From positions 3,904,001-3,968,000 of the forward strand of contig OY969811.1 in the NCBI GenBank assembly GCA_963703315.1: a DNA stretch of 64,000 bases, given 5' to 3'. Shown here piece after piece: positions 49,370 through 60,105 of the stretch. Under the pieces are notes generated by a model. That model was not told the DNA's origin and did no database searches. It saw only the letters and a program-made list of their open reading frames with translations. Origin of the DNA: an uncultured cyanobacterium. GTDB taxonomy: Bacteria; Cyanobacteriota; Cyanobacteriia; Pseudanabaenales; Pseudanabaenaceae. A program made the translations under genes and the position numbers. How positions within the stretch are numbered: the first letter of the stretch is position 1; each line of letters begins with the position of its first letter.

Positions 49370-51436
49370 ATGGAAATAACATCTTTAGATGCAAATCCAC
49401 TAGATACAAGTACGGATTCAGGTGCAGATTCAAGTCAACCTGCGAGTTTGAGCATTAATCGCTTGAATGTAGTTACTGACGACCCTGTACAAATTCCAGA
49501 TTCCGCGCCCAGCTTTTTGACAGAAGGGTTAGCAGGATTAAAACTTTCCCATACTAAGCAAAAAGGTGATTGCTTATACCTGTATAGTCAAGACCGCGAA
49601 TTTAACTGTGCCACCAAGATTTTAGAGGCGATCGCCCCAAGCACTCAGGATCTCGAAAGTTCAGTGTTATTCGCCGAAGGAATTCGTCGTCTTAAATTAC
49701 ATGGAAGCTTGTGGGCATTAGGACTAGACCTACCGATCGCAGATTCGGCGATCGTTGCCGCCGATATTATTGCGACATTGCTTACCAACTTCCAGCAAGA
49801 TCCTCGCCTTATCCCCAAATTTGCTCAAACTAAGCTCAAGTTGTTGTTGCAAAATAATTGCCTCAATTTGCTATGTGAGACGCGCACGCCGATCTTGCAA
49901 GCAGAGATGGTGTTGCCAATGTTAGACACTTTACGCAATGTCGAGGCGGCGGAATATTTTCAATCGGTGACAGTCTCGAATCGGGTGATCGGGGAGAAGA
50001 AGCCTAGCTGGTCATTTGAAATTGATTTGCTAGCGATCATTGGCTCTCAAAATCCTCAGTCTGAGCTATTGGAGTTGGATGATCAGCAGGACGATATCAT
50101 TCTGAGTGAAGAGGATGGAGAGCCGAGTTCTTGGCAAAAACTAGGGACATTTTTGAGCGATCGCCTCGCACCTTTGCGATTTTTAATAGATCTGAAGTGG
50201 TTGGGACAGACTACACCACAAATGCTCTCTTTGCCTGCTTGTGTGGCTAGCTTGGTAGTTGGGATTGGCACAACAATCGCCATTGATCGTACCCTCAGTC
50301 ATTTGGCACAGCCCAATGAAACGACGAAGTTTGTCATTGCTGATCCCAAAATTAATCTGTCCCCTAATCTGGCAGAAAATGCTTCGGCAAAAGTGATCAC
50401 TAATAAACCTGCTCTTAATTTTAATATTGCTCTACTTAATGAGAAATTGTCCCTGATCGATTGGCAGACTACTAAGAAACAGCGATCGCCTGATGTTTTG
50501 GTTGTCGGTAGTTCTAGGGCATTACGAGGAGTGGAGCCTAGTACCCTTGAGAGAGCCTTAATCAACAAAGGTTACAAAGACATTAGCGTGTTTAATCTTG
50601 GTCTTGATGGCGCAACCGCAAAAGTAGTCAATCTCCAACTTACGCAGATTCTGTCACGTCCTCAACTGCCGAAGATGATTGTTTGGGCGGATGGACTACG
50701 CGCTTTTAATAGCAACCGCAATGATCTTACCTATGAGGAAATCACTGCTTCTACTGGCTACAAACAGTTGCAAGAGGATCTCAAAAATAAGGATACTAAT
50801 CCTAGTGATGCAATACCGACTCAAACCGCGATCGCTGATAAATCTCCCAATCCGATCGCCCAATCCTTTGATCTGTTGTTCACGACCTTTTCTAAACGTC
50901 AAGAAATTCGGACTTCATTAGTTAAAAAATTTGAGCGCGATACCCATTTGCTCAGCAATAGTGAAGCCCTGATTGCGGCGACAATGCCAAATACAGTTAC
51001 GGCTCTCGATTCCAAAGGCTTTGTTGCCTTCGATGTCACTTTTGATCCTAATACCTATTTCCAAAAGTATCCCCAAGTTCCAGGGGACTACGATCTGGAC
51101 TATCGTAACTTTGAGACTACTGGTTCACAATTTGATGCTTTTGCCAATGTCGTAGACTTTTGCCGCCGTAATAATATTGAGCTTGTCGTAGTGAATATGC
51201 CCTTACATACCTCTTATCTGGATGGGATTCGCACTCGCTATGAAGCTAGTTTTAATGGCAGGATGCAGGAGCTTGCCTTGCGCGAAGGTTTTACCTATCT
51301 AGATCTATCTCAAGCAATTCTCAATCAAGCTGACCTTTTTTCTGATCCGAGCCATTTAAATCAAAAAGGGGCGATCGCCATTTCCCAACTTCTTGCCCAA
51401 AATCCTAAAATCCCTTGGCAAAAGCTCAAAAGATAA
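49370..51436 (+). CDS. membrane-anchored SGNH/DltD-like (DUF1574-like) protein
   Basis: One TM helix; VVGSSRA, FNLGLDGA, FSDPSHLN..GA motifs. Confidence 0.8.
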   Translation: MEITSLDANPLDTSTDSGADSSQPASLSINRLNVVTDDPVQIPDSAPSFLTEGLAGLKLSHTKQKGDCLYLYSQDREFNCATKILEAIAPSTQDLESSVLFAEGIRRLKLHGSLWALGLDLPIADSAIVAADIIATLLTNFQQDPRLIPKFAQTKLKLLLQNNCLNLLCETRTPILQAEMVLPMLDTLRNVEAAEYFQSVTVSNRVIGEKKPSWSFEIDLLAIIGSQNPQSELLELDDQQDDIILSEEDGEPSSWQKLGTFLSDRLAPLRFLIDLKWLGQTTPQMLSLPACVASLVVGIGTTIAIDRTLSHLAQPNETTKFVIADPKINLSPNLAENASAKVITNKPALNFNIALLNEKLSLIDWQTTKKQRSPDVLVVGSSRALRGVEPSTLERALINKGYKDISVFNLGLDGATAKVVNLQLTQILSRPQLPKMIVWADGLRAFNSNRNDLTYEEITASTGYKQLQEDLKNKDTNPSDAIPTQTAIADKSPNPIAQSFDLLFTTFSKRQEIRTSLVKKFERDTHLLSNSEALIAATMPNTVTALDSKGFVAFDVTFDPNTYFQKYPQVPGDYDLDYRNFETTGSQFDAFANVVDFCRRNNIELVVVNMPLHTSYLDGIRTRYEASFNGRMQELALREGFTYLDLSQAILNQADLFSDPSHLNQKGAIAISQLLAQNPKIPWQKLKR

Positions 51437-51447
51437 GTGGTTATCGC

Positions 51448-53745
51448 TCACAAGCCATTGCCGATCGCAAAAAATGCTGACCAGTAGAAAGGATGACTGT
51501 GATTTGACGATTTAATTAGAGAAACTTGGGCTTTGTGTAATGCTTCAGCAGCAGGAACATCACCTTTTTGGAATTCGCGATAAAATGCTGCCATGAGAGC
51601 TTGTGTACCTGCGTCATCGACGATCCAGAGAGAGGCGATCGCTTGTTTTGCGCCAGCCTTTTGCACTTGATAGCCAAAGCCTAAGATTTCTACACCACTG
51701 CCGAGTTTTCCTACTCCTGTCTGACAGGCACTCAAGATAATCAAATCGATATTGGGAATTTGCCAATCGGTGATTTCACCTAGACGAATTTTGTCGCCAT
51801 TGCCGAAGATGATGAAGGAGTTATCTGGCGCACCTGTGTTGAATTCGGCATGGGTGGCGAGATGGAGAATATTATGATTCTTGAATTTGGATTCAATGGC
51901 TTTACGGCTAAATTGATCTTCGATGAGGGTGACTGAGTTTTGAAATGAGTTAGCGATCGCTTGAACTTCTTTAACGGTTGCGGGTAGGGCTGTTTGTCCA
52001 AATTTGCGATCGCCAGCTTTACCGCCAAAGGCTCCTGCGAGGATCTTGGGTGTATTTTTGGGTTGTGGTGAAAAATCTGACAGGGTATAGGCGATGAGGT
52101 TGCTAATCTGGTATTTCTCCGCTAGCCATTGTTTGCCGTCATAGAGTGCGGCGATGGGAATATAGCGCAAGATACCATCGGGTGCATAGAGGATCGTTTT
52201 GGCGTTGAATTGAATGAGTTCGGCTTCGATGGGTTTAATCAGGAGGTTATAGAGTTGTATTGATGGCTCTTTGAAATCTTCGGAACTAGCATCAAGAAGT
52301 CCCGCCTTAAAATCATTAATTAAGGTTGCTAGTTGGTCTTTGGAGATTTTGGTGGTGCGGCGGATGGGGAGGTTATTGGGGGCAAAGAGGATGATTTCGA
52401 GGCGATCGCCTAAAATGAATGGATAGAGTAAGACGGTTCCCCTTGGGATTTGGTTGAGATAGTCGGGAACTTTGTTGATTTCGGTTTGGGGAAGTTGTTG
52501 GATTTGATTGGCAAGTTGATTGTTGATGTCTTGGCTATTGTCAGGGCTAACAGCTAACAGCTTATCGTTAATAGCCTTCTCTGGTGCTAAAAGCCTAACT
52601 CCCTGTGCGGATCTGTCGCTGCCTTTGATGTTTTTGAGATAGTCTTCGAGTTCTTGGACTTTGAGGAGGTCGAGAACTTGCAGGGCTTCGATGATGCGGT
52701 CTTGTTGGAGGAGGATATCTGCAAGTTCGCGATAGGTCTTTTCAACGGTGGCTAAATAGGACTGTTGGAGGTCTTTATCAAGTTTTTTGACATCTTTACG
52801 AATCGCTTCGCGGACATTGATCGATTGTTTGTAAAAGAAAATGGCGAGTTCGGGTTGCTTAAGGTGGTCAAAAGATTCTCCTAGATTATTGAGCGCAATT
52901 CCCTCACCATGACGATTTTTGATTTCCCTTGCGATCGCTAAATATTGCAGATAGAACTCGATCGCTTTGTCATATTTTTTGAGAGCATGATAAGAGGCTC
53001 CTAGATTTCCCCGTGCTGCTCCTTCACCGTAACGATCCTTGATTTCTTGCGCGATCGCTAAGCTTTGTAGATAGGACTCGATCGCTTTGTCATATTTGCC
53101 GAGGGAATCGTATGCATTCCCCAAATTTACAAGCGAAATTCCCTCGCCGCGACGGTCTTTGCTTTCTCGGAAGATTGCTAAAGCTTGCAGATGAAATTCG
53201 ATCGCTTTGTTATATTTACCAAGAGATTCATAGGCACTTCCCAGATTTCCCAGTGACTTTGCCTCACCGAGACGATCTTTGGTTTCCTTGTCGATTGCTA
53301 AGCTTTGTAGATAGAACTCGATCGCTTTGTCATATTTGCCGAGAAAAAGATAAGTGCTGCCCAGATTTCCCAGCGTAATCCCCTCGCCATTTCTATCTTT
53401 GATTTCTCGTGCGATCGTTAATCTTTGCTGATAGGAATCGATCACTTTGTCATACTGCCCTAAGTAGAAGTATCCAACTCCTAATCCGTTATAAGCGCGA
53501 GCCTCACATTCCCGATCTTTTATTTCGCGACAAATATCAAGAGACATACGTGCGAACTCGATTGCCTTTTGATATTGACTGTCTCGTATCGCTCTAATGC
53601 CTTGGCTATACCGCCAATCTGCTTCTGATGCGCGGGCTTGAGTTGTTTCTGCTTGAACTGTCATCAAAGCCAAATCAGGCGGCGACCCCACGCCCAAAAT
53701 CCCAGTCAAAGCCACAAACGTCAACGCATAAAACCGCGAAGCCAT
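51448..53745 (-). CDS. TPR-repeat plus CHAT (caspase-like) domain protein with signal peptide
   Basis: About six 40-aa TPR repeats (120-bp DNA repeats near 52860-53500); HLATHA and LSACQTG dyad; HPFYWSAF. Confidence 0.93.
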   Translation of the reverse strand: MASRFYALTFVALTGILGVGSPPDLALMTVQAETTQARASEADWRYSQGIRAIRDSQYQKAIEFARMSLDICREIKDRECEARAYNGLGVGYFYLGQYDKVIDSYQQRLTIAREIKDRNGEGITLGNLGSTYLFLGKYDKAIEFYLQSLAIDKETKDRLGEAKSLGNLGSAYESLGKYNKAIEFHLQALAIFRESKDRRGEGISLVNLGNAYDSLGKYDKAIESYLQSLAIAQEIKDRYGEGAARGNLGASYHALKKYDKAIEFYLQYLAIAREIKNRHGEGIALNNLGESFDHLKQPELAIFFYKQSINVREAIRKDVKKLDKDLQQSYLATVEKTYRELADILLQQDRIIEALQVLDLLKVQELEDYLKNIKGSDRSAQGVRLLAPEKAINDKLLAVSPDNSQDINNQLANQIQQLPQTEINKVPDYLNQIPRGTVLLYPFILGDRLEIILFAPNNLPIRRTTKISKDQLATLINDFKAGLLDASSEDFKEPSIQLYNLLIKPIEAELIQFNAKTILYAPDGILRYIPIAALYDGKQWLAEKYQISNLIAYTLSDFSPQPKNTPKILAGAFGGKAGDRKFGQTALPATVKEVQAIANSFQNSVTLIEDQFSRKAIESKFKNHNILHLATHAEFNTGAPDNSFIIFGNGDKIRLGEITDWQIPNIDLIILSACQTGVGKLGSGVEILGFGYQVQKAGAKQAIASLWIVDDAGTQALMAAFYREFQKGDVPAAEALHKAQVSLIKSSNHSHPFYWSAFFAIGNGL

Positions 53746-53878
53746 GACCGATCCTCAAGGAAAAAGTAGAAAGTTAAAAGAAAAAAGTGGGCGGGTTTTG
53801 GTGTTTTCTGGTGCGAATACATCTCAAACTCTGACACTCTGCACAGTCAATATATCACTAAATTTTCTTGCACCTCCA

Positions 53879-53928
53879 TCTCCCCGATTTTTTTAAACAT
53901 TCACCACAGCAAGAGATCCCCGACTTTT
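53879..53928. repeat. two degenerate copies of the cyanobacterial ATCCCCGACTT repeat
   Basis: tctccccgattttt and gagatccccgacttttt. Confidence 0.4.
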
Positions 53929-54118
53929 TCTTTGCATTCATCAATTATTGGTATGTTGTGGGCGAATCTATAATCAAATTAACCCTGAGCGATCGCACAA
54001 ATTTTTAGCTGATTTTGTAAAAGTATGAAACACTTATGCTATTTTTGCCCAATATAGTGATCCAAACAGCTATGATCGCCTTACATTGCTTTGCGATCGC
54101 AAAGCTTTAACCTCACTT

Positions 54119-54124
54119 GGGTAA
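54119..54124 (+). promoter_or_regulatory. possible SigF-type -10 element GGGTAA upstream of pilB
   Basis: GGGTAA about 20 nt before the pilB start; short motif that could occur by chance. Confidence 0.35.
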
Positions 54125-54142
54125 TGAACTCTTAGGAAATCT

Positions 54143-56161
54143 TTGGCTATGAATACATCAGACCAAGCGCCAACCACCGCCGCAAGCAGAAACAAAACCA
54201 AAGCTCTTGCTAAACGGGGAGGTCGAACTCCCTTCGAGAGCAAACTGATTCAAGCAGGACACGCCACCTCAGACCAATTCGATCGCGCTGTCAAAGATAG
54301 CCAAGAACAAAATATCCCATTTCTCAACGTCCTAGAGCAGATTCTGGGGCAGCAGCTCGCTCCAGACATTACCCGTTATTACAAACGCCAACAACTTTTT
54401 GAACTGCGTGTTCTATACGGACTCGAACCAATTGATCCTGATGTCGAAATTGACAAATTTGATATTCCTACCCTCAGTACTTTACTCGACTCCAATATCA
54501 TCCCCATTTCCAGTTGTCGCGATTGCGAGATTTTGCCTCTCATCAAGACTGAAAATAGTATTACCCTTGCCGTAGTTGCGCCTGATAGCTACAAAGTCCA
54601 AAATGAGATTGCTCGCCTACTCAAAAATATCACCGTAGTTAGGCGCGTAATTTCTCGCGAAGATTTTCATCGCACCTTTGACAACATTGTGCAGTTTCAG
54701 GTCAACAAAAGTTCCAAAGGTGAAGGCGCAATCAGCGATGAAGATCTCCAAGTTAAAGATGATGTCTTCGGCGAAGATATCTCTGACAGCGATCAAGGCG
54801 ATGAACTCATGGTCGGTGGGGAGAATTCAGCCCCAATCATTAGTCTTGTCGATAAAATCCTCGTCAAAGCTCTCAAAGAAGGATGTTCCGACATTCACAT
54901 TGAACCACAGGAAAAAGACCTCTGCGTTCGGTTGCGGAAAGACGGTGTATTGCGCGAATACTTCTTCCTTAGCGAAAACAAGCGCTTACCCAAAAACATT
55001 ATCAACGCGGTTATTTCCCGCTTCAAGATTATCTCGAACCTGAACATTGCGGAAAAGCGAGTTCCCCAAGACGGCAAACTGAAGCGCAACTTCCAAGGTC
55101 GCCGCGTGGACTTCCGTGTAAATACTTGCCCCACCCAAAATGGTGAGAAGGTATGTCTACGGATTTTGGATAACTCCAATACCCAGCTTGGTCTGAACAA
55201 ACTGATCAGTGATCCTGAAAGTTTGGAATTAATGCAAAGCTTTGCCAAACGTCCCTTTGGCTTGATTCTCGTTACAGGTCCTACAGGTTCAGGTAAAACC
55301 ACCACTCTGTACTCTACTCTCGCAGAATGTAACGACCCCGGCATCAACATCAGTACGGCAGAAGATCCCGTTGAATATAACTTACCGGGATTGACCCAAT
55401 GCCAAGTGCTACGGGAAAAAGGCATGACCTTTGCCAGCATTCTTCGTGCTTTCCTCCGTCAAGATCCTGATGTAATCCTTGTCGGTGAGACGCGAGATGC
55501 GGAAACTGCCAAAACCGCGATCGAAGCCGCGCTAACGGGTCACTTAGTTCTAACCACCTTACACACCAACGACGCACCTAGCAGCATTGCCCGCCTTGAA
55601 GAAATGGGCGTAGAACCATTCATGGCAAGTACTGCAATTATTGGTGTCCTCGCCCAGCGTCTTGTGCGTAAGGTTTGCGACAACTGCCGTATTCCTTATA
55701 ATCCTTCCCAAGAAGAACTCGATCGCTTTGGGTTACCTAGTAGCGACCTCGAAAAGACCTTCTATCGCGCTAACATCGTCAACCGCGAAGCGATGCTCCC
55801 TGGTCAGCGCGTCTGTCCAAAATGTAGCGGCTCTGGCTACAAGGGTCGTGCAGGTGTATACGAGATCATGAAAATGACCGAACGCTTGCAAAGTGCCATT
55901 AACAAAGGTGCGACTACGGAAGTTGTTAAAGAGATCGCTGTCCAAGAAGGGATGAAGACTTTAATGGCTTATGCCTTTGACTTGGTACGTGAAGGAGCCA
56001 CAACCCTAGATGAGGTGCTGCGAGTCGTCTATACCGACAAAGGTCGTGAGGCAGAAGAACGCGCCCGACGTGGTAAAGGGCTGGAATGTGACAACTGTGA
56101 TGCTATGCTCACTCCCGAAACCGTTGAATGTCCATACTGCACCGCACCGAGAACTTTCTAG
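54143..56161 (+). CDS. pilB: type IV pilus assembly ATPase PilB with C-terminal Zn-ribbon extension
   Basis: SDIHIEP, PQDG, GPTGSGKTTT, EDPVEY, LRQDPDVILVGE, TLHTND; C-terminal CDNC...CPYC. Confidence 0.95.
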   Translation: MAMNTSDQAPTTAASRNKTKALAKRGGRTPFESKLIQAGHATSDQFDRAVKDSQEQNIPFLNVLEQILGQQLAPDITRYYKRQQLFELRVLYGLEPIDPDVEIDKFDIPTLSTLLDSNIIPISSCRDCEILPLIKTENSITLAVVAPDSYKVQNEIARLLKNITVVRRVISREDFHRTFDNIVQFQVNKSSKGEGAISDEDLQVKDDVFGEDISDSDQGDELMVGGENSAPIISLVDKILVKALKEGCSDIHIEPQEKDLCVRLRKDGVLREYFFLSENKRLPKNIINAVISRFKIISNLNIAEKRVPQDGKLKRNFQGRRVDFRVNTCPTQNGEKVCLRILDNSNTQLGLNKLISDPESLELMQSFAKRPFGLILVTGPTGSGKTTTLYSTLAECNDPGINISTAEDPVEYNLPGLTQCQVLREKGMTFASILRAFLRQDPDVILVGETRDAETAKTAIEAALTGHLVLTTLHTNDAPSSIARLEEMGVEPFMASTAIIGVLAQRLVRKVCDNCRIPYNPSQEELDRFGLPSSDLEKTFYRANIVNREAMLPGQRVCPKCSGSGYKGRAGVYEIMKMTERLQSAINKGATTEVVKEIAVQEGMKTLMAYAFDLVREGATTLDEVLRVVYTDKGREAEERARRGKGLECDNCDAMLTPETVECPYCTAPRTF

Positions 56162-56164
56162 ATG

Positions 56165-56203
56165 AGTATTTGAGACTTGCGCTTAGCGCAAGTCTCAAAT
56201 ACT
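56165..56203. repeat. perfect 18-bp-arm triloop hairpin between pilB and pilT
   Basis: agtatttgagacttgcgc-tta-gcgcaagtctcaaatact. Confidence 0.85.
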
Positions 56204-56291
56204 GGTTTAAATTTTGCGCTTAGCGCAGTTTTTAGAAGCTAAATAGGGAATCATGCACTTAATTAGGATTAGATCAGGAGAATAGCCCGCT

Positions 56292-57452
56292 ATGGTAATG
56301 GATTACATCATTGAAGACTTGATGGAAGAGGTTGTAGAACGCAAGGGTTCTGACCTGCATATTTCCGCAGGGCTTCCCCCTTACATTCGCATCAATGGTC
56401 ACCTCACCCGCACCGATCGCGACCCACTGACACCAGAAGAATGTCAGCGCTTGATTTTTGCGATGTTGAATAATAACCAGCGTAAGGCACTCGAACAAAA
56501 CTGGGAATTAGACTGCTCCTATGGGGTTAAGGGATTAGCCAGATTTAGGGTCAATGTTTATAAAGATCGCGGAACCTACGCCGCTTGCTTGCGGGCGCTA
56601 TCTTCCAAAATTCCTGATATGGACGATCTCAACCTACCGCCAATTGTGCGTGAACTTAGTGAAAAGCCGCGTGGATTAGTGCTAGTCACTGGTCCAACGG
56701 GTTCAGGGAAAACGACAACCTTAGCGGCAATGATCCAAACGATCAACAAAACCCGCGCTGAACATATTCTCACCGTTGAAGATCCGATTGAGTTCGTGTA
56801 TGAATCTGTAAAAAGCGTAATTCACCAGCGTCAAGTGGGTGAAGATACCAAGACCTTTGCGAATGCCCTAAAAGCAGCTTTGCGGGAAGATCCAGATGTA
56901 ATCCTTGTAGGGGAAATGCGGGACTTAGAAACGATTCAGTTAGCCGTATCCGCCGCCGAAACAGGTCACTTGGTATTTGGTACATTGCACACTAGTTCGG
57001 CTTCTCAGACCGTCGATCGCATGGTGGATGTATTTCCGCCAGAGCAGCAGGGACAAATTCGCGTCCAGCTTTCTAACTCCCTTGTCGCTGTATTGAGTCA
57101 AACCCTTGTATCTCGTCATAATCCTCAACCTGGGCAATTTGGACGGGTGATGGCACAGGAAATTATGGTGGTTACACCTGCGATTTCCAACCTGATTCGT
57201 GAAGGTAAAACCGCCCAAATGTATGGCTTTATCCAAACGGGTGGTAAAGAATCGATGCAAACTCTTGAGTCAGTACTCGCGAAGTTATATATGGATGGCG
57301 ATATTACCTTTGAAGCGGCGATGTCGAAGACTTCTCGCCCTGAAGAACTATTGCGCGTAGTTGGTCCCAATCCCCCTCCTGTCATGAAGCGTAAAGCAAC
57401 TGGAGATATTAGATCTCAAGACATGATCAAATCGCGATCAATTAGTGGCTAG
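56292..57452 (+). CDS. pilT: type IV pilus retraction ATPase PilT
   Basis: GSDLHI, GPTGSGKTTT, EDPIEF, ALREDPDVILVGEMRD, AISNLIRE (AIRNLIRE-type motif). Confidence 0.96.
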   Translation: MVMDYIIEDLMEEVVERKGSDLHISAGLPPYIRINGHLTRTDRDPLTPEECQRLIFAMLNNNQRKALEQNWELDCSYGVKGLARFRVNVYKDRGTYAACLRALSSKIPDMDDLNLPPIVRELSEKPRGLVLVTGPTGSGKTTTLAAMIQTINKTRAEHILTVEDPIEFVYESVKSVIHQRQVGEDTKTFANALKAALREDPDVILVGEMRDLETIQLAVSAAETGHLVFGTLHTSSASQTVDRMVDVFPPEQQGQIRVQLSNSLVAVLSQTLVSRHNPQPGQFGRVMAQEIMVVTPAISNLIREGKTAQMYGFIQTGGKESMQTLESVLAKLYMDGDITFEAAMSKTSRPEELLRVVGPNPPPVMKRKATGDIRSQDMIKSRSISG

Positions 57453-57508
57453 CCTCAAGTTTCCTACCCGAAATGATGATTAATAGAGATGATTAAAGAG
57501 GTGCAATA

Positions 57509-58717
57509 ATGGCTAAATTTCAGGCAAATCTCAAAGACTCCAAAGGTAAGGCGGTACAGCAGACCATGGTTGCGGCATCTCAGAAAGAAGCCCGTGACAC
57601 TTGGAAACAAAAAGGCTTTTACGTTCAAGACATCAAAGAAGTGAAGGGCGGCTTTGATTTTGCTGCCTTGACGATGAAAAAAGTAACGGTCAAGGACTTA
57701 GCTTTGTTTTCAAGGCAGTTAGCCACCTTGGTCAATGCAGGTGTCTCCATGGTGCGTGGTTTGGGGGTAATGTGCGATCAATGTGCCAACCCTCGATTGA
57801 AAATAGCCCTCACTGAAGTTCTTGATGATGTGCAGCAAGGTACTAACTTTTCAGATGCGCTGCGTAAGCACCCAAAGGTATTTGACAAGTTGTACTGTGC
57901 AATGGTGCAAGCGGGTGAAACAGGTGGTGTACTAGATGATGTTTTGGCACGTCTGGCGACATTACTCGAAGACTCAGCCCGTTTGAATAACCAAATTAAG
58001 TCAGCGATGACCTATCCAATTGTGGTTTCATCGATCGCCGTAATCATCTTCTTAGCGATGTGTATTTTCATCATTCCGACCTTTGATGGTGTATTTAAGA
58101 GCTTGGGTGGTGAACTACCAGCATTTACACAAATATTGGTAAATATCAGTAACTTTTTAAAGAGTGAAAAGATATTTATTTTGCCTGCCTTATTCTTTGG
58201 CATTGCATTTACCTACAATCGCATCTACGCAACTCCTGCTGGCAAACTATATTTTGATGGCGTGTTCTTGAAATTGCCTTTGTTTGGTGATCTTGTAATT
58301 AAGACGGCGGTTGCTCGTTTTGCACGGACTTTTGGTTCACTATCCCGTGCAGGTGTACCCATTTTGAGTTCCCTAGAAATTACGGCGGAAACCGCAGGTA
58401 ATCTGGTAATTACGAATGCGATCGACTCAGCGCGAAATGCTGTGAGAGAAGGTGGTCAAATCGCGCCTGCGATGGAAAAGACAGAAGTATTTCCTGTAAT
58501 GGCTTTGCAAATGGTCAGTATTGGCGAAGAAACTGGTGAAATCGATAAGATGTTGATGAAGGTGGCTGACTTTTATGAGAATGAAGTTGAAGAGGCTGTA
58601 AAAGCACTGACAAGTTTGATGGAACCTTTGATGATCGTTGTACTCGGCGGTATGGTCGGTTCGATTATTGTTGGGATGTACTTACCGATCTTCTCGATTA
58701 TGGATAAGATCAAATAA
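57509..58717 (+). CDS. pilC: type IV pilus platform protein PilC
   Basis: FSRQLATLV.AG, AGETGG.LD.VL, AMTYP, IGEETG, LMEP. Confidence 0.96.
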   Translation: MAKFQANLKDSKGKAVQQTMVAASQKEARDTWKQKGFYVQDIKEVKGGFDFAALTMKKVTVKDLALFSRQLATLVNAGVSMVRGLGVMCDQCANPRLKIALTEVLDDVQQGTNFSDALRKHPKVFDKLYCAMVQAGETGGVLDDVLARLATLLEDSARLNNQIKSAMTYPIVVSSIAVIIFLAMCIFIIPTFDGVFKSLGGELPAFTQILVNISNFLKSEKIFILPALFFGIAFTYNRIYATPAGKLYFDGVFLKLPLFGDLVIKTAVARFARTFGSLSRAGVPILSSLEITAETAGNLVITNAIDSARNAVREGGQIAPAMEKTEVFPVMALQMVSIGEETGEIDKMLMKVADFYENEVEEAVKALTSLMEPLMIVVLGGMVGSIIVGMYLPIFSIMDKIK

Positions 58718-58728
58718 GACTCAAATAA

Positions 58729-58755
58729 AAAAAGCCCTGCTACGCAGGGCTTTTT
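58729..58755. terminator. likely bidirectional terminator between pilC and miaA
   Basis: aaaaagccctgc-tac-gcagggcttttt. Confidence 0.75.
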
Positions 58756-59666
58756 TATAGCAATGCGATCGCCTCTTCCCAACTACTCCCTGATGGCAAC
58801 CAATTAATCGGTAAAGCTCCATTTCCTGAACCACGAAACCATGTACGCTGGCGTTTCGCAAATTGACAGGTGTGAGTAATAGTTAATTCTTCTGCCGTTG
58901 CTAAATCAGTTTTATTGGCTAAATAATCTGACATTTCGCCATAACCTAAAGTTTTTAAAAGCGGTAAGTCCTTTCCATAACGCTTCTGCAAATCACGAAT
59001 TTCATCCAGCCATCCCTGTTCTAACATCTGTTTAGTGCGATCGCCCACTAATTTCCGATAAGCATCGAGATCTACACAGTCCAAACCAATTTGCACAATC
59101 GGGTAACTAGGAGGTTGCTCGTACTGCTGTGCTGACAGTGGTTGACCTGTTACATAAAAAACCTCTAGCGATCGCCAAGTTCTGACTTGATCATTAGCAT
59201 GAATTTTAGTTGCGCCCACAGGATCAACCTGTTGCAAAACTTGATAGCAATAGTTTTGTCCTAGTTCCTCAAATTGCGATCGCAGTTCAGGTTGAGGCGC
59301 GACTCTAGGAATTTTTAGACCTGCCGTAATTGCTTTAATATACAAACCTGAGCCACCAACCAAAATCGGTGTCACCCCCTCTGCATGAAACTTAGCAATT
59401 AAAGTTTGAGCTTGATCTTGATAGTCCGCTAAAGTCAAAGTTTGCTCAGGATCAATAATATCAATCAAATAATGCGGAACTCCTTGACGCTCCTCGACAG
59501 ATGGCTTTGCCGTACCAATATCTAAATAGCGATACACTTGGCGCGAATCCGCACTCAGAATAGGGGCGTTGAGATGTTTAGCAAGGGCGATCGCGAGACT
59601 CGTCTTCCCCGTTGCCGTTGCCCCTAAAATTACAATTAAACCCACGTGCTGCGCGATTGATACCAT
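58755..59666 (-). CDS. miaA: tRNA dimethylallyltransferase
   Basis: GATATGKT, DSRQVYR.LDIGTAKP, VGGSGLY, AKRQRTWF. Confidence 0.97.
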   Translation of the reverse strand: MVSIAQHVGLIVILGATATGKTSLAIALAKHLNAPILSADSRQVYRYLDIGTAKPSVEERQGVPHYLIDIIDPEQTLTLADYQDQAQTLIAKFHAEGVTPILVGGSGLYIKAITAGLKIPRVAPQPELRSQFEELGQNYCYQVLQQVDPVGATKIHANDQVRTWRSLEVFYVTGQPLSAQQYEQPPSYPIVQIGLDCVDLDAYRKLVGDRTKQMLEQGWLDEIRDLQKRYGKDLPLLKTLGYGEMSDYLANKTDLATAEELTITHTCQFAKRQRTWFRGSGNGALPINWLPSGSSWEEAIALL

Positions 59667-59692
59667 ATTTGATTCCGAGTCAATTAACTCTA

Positions 59693-59796
59693 TAAGTATC
59701 TAGGCGCAATTAAATATAAAACCCTAAAACCTTTGGCGCACGCTGCGCGTGCGCCAAAGGTTTTGATTCTAGTTTTTAATTATGCCCAGATACTTA
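59693..59796. mobile_element. MITE-like TAAGTA...TACTTA element enclosing a triloop hairpin
   Basis: taagtatctaggcgcaattaaa ... tttaattatgcccagatactta; inner aaaacctttggcgcacgc-tgc-gcgtgcgccaaaggtttt. Confidence 0.7.
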
Positions 59797-60105
59797 GCCA
59801 CAATTAAAAGTTAACATAACGTTACTTACTTGAAGAGGGTTTCTCATATTTATTTTAATACCCTAAAAAGCATATTTACTTACATCAATTGTCCTGAAAA
59901 AGTATTATTAAGCTTTTAGTTGATAAATCCTTAAAGACTTGCTTGAAAAGGATTTTAGTTCTAATTTCTCTTTAAGAATACATGAATTTGTCATCAAGGT
60001 TGTCACTTCTATTTTCTAAGAAGATATAATACAAATGGATGATGACTTAAGTATTAATTAAATCAATAATTAATACATGGCATTCCTCAGGGAGAGGAGG
60101 GCAAA

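Noticed and set aside
51448..53745. TPR-CHAT as a CRISPR-associated protease or defence island
   Set aside because: No cas genes, array or substrate-like partner nearby; it has an export signal and fits the common cyanobacterial family.
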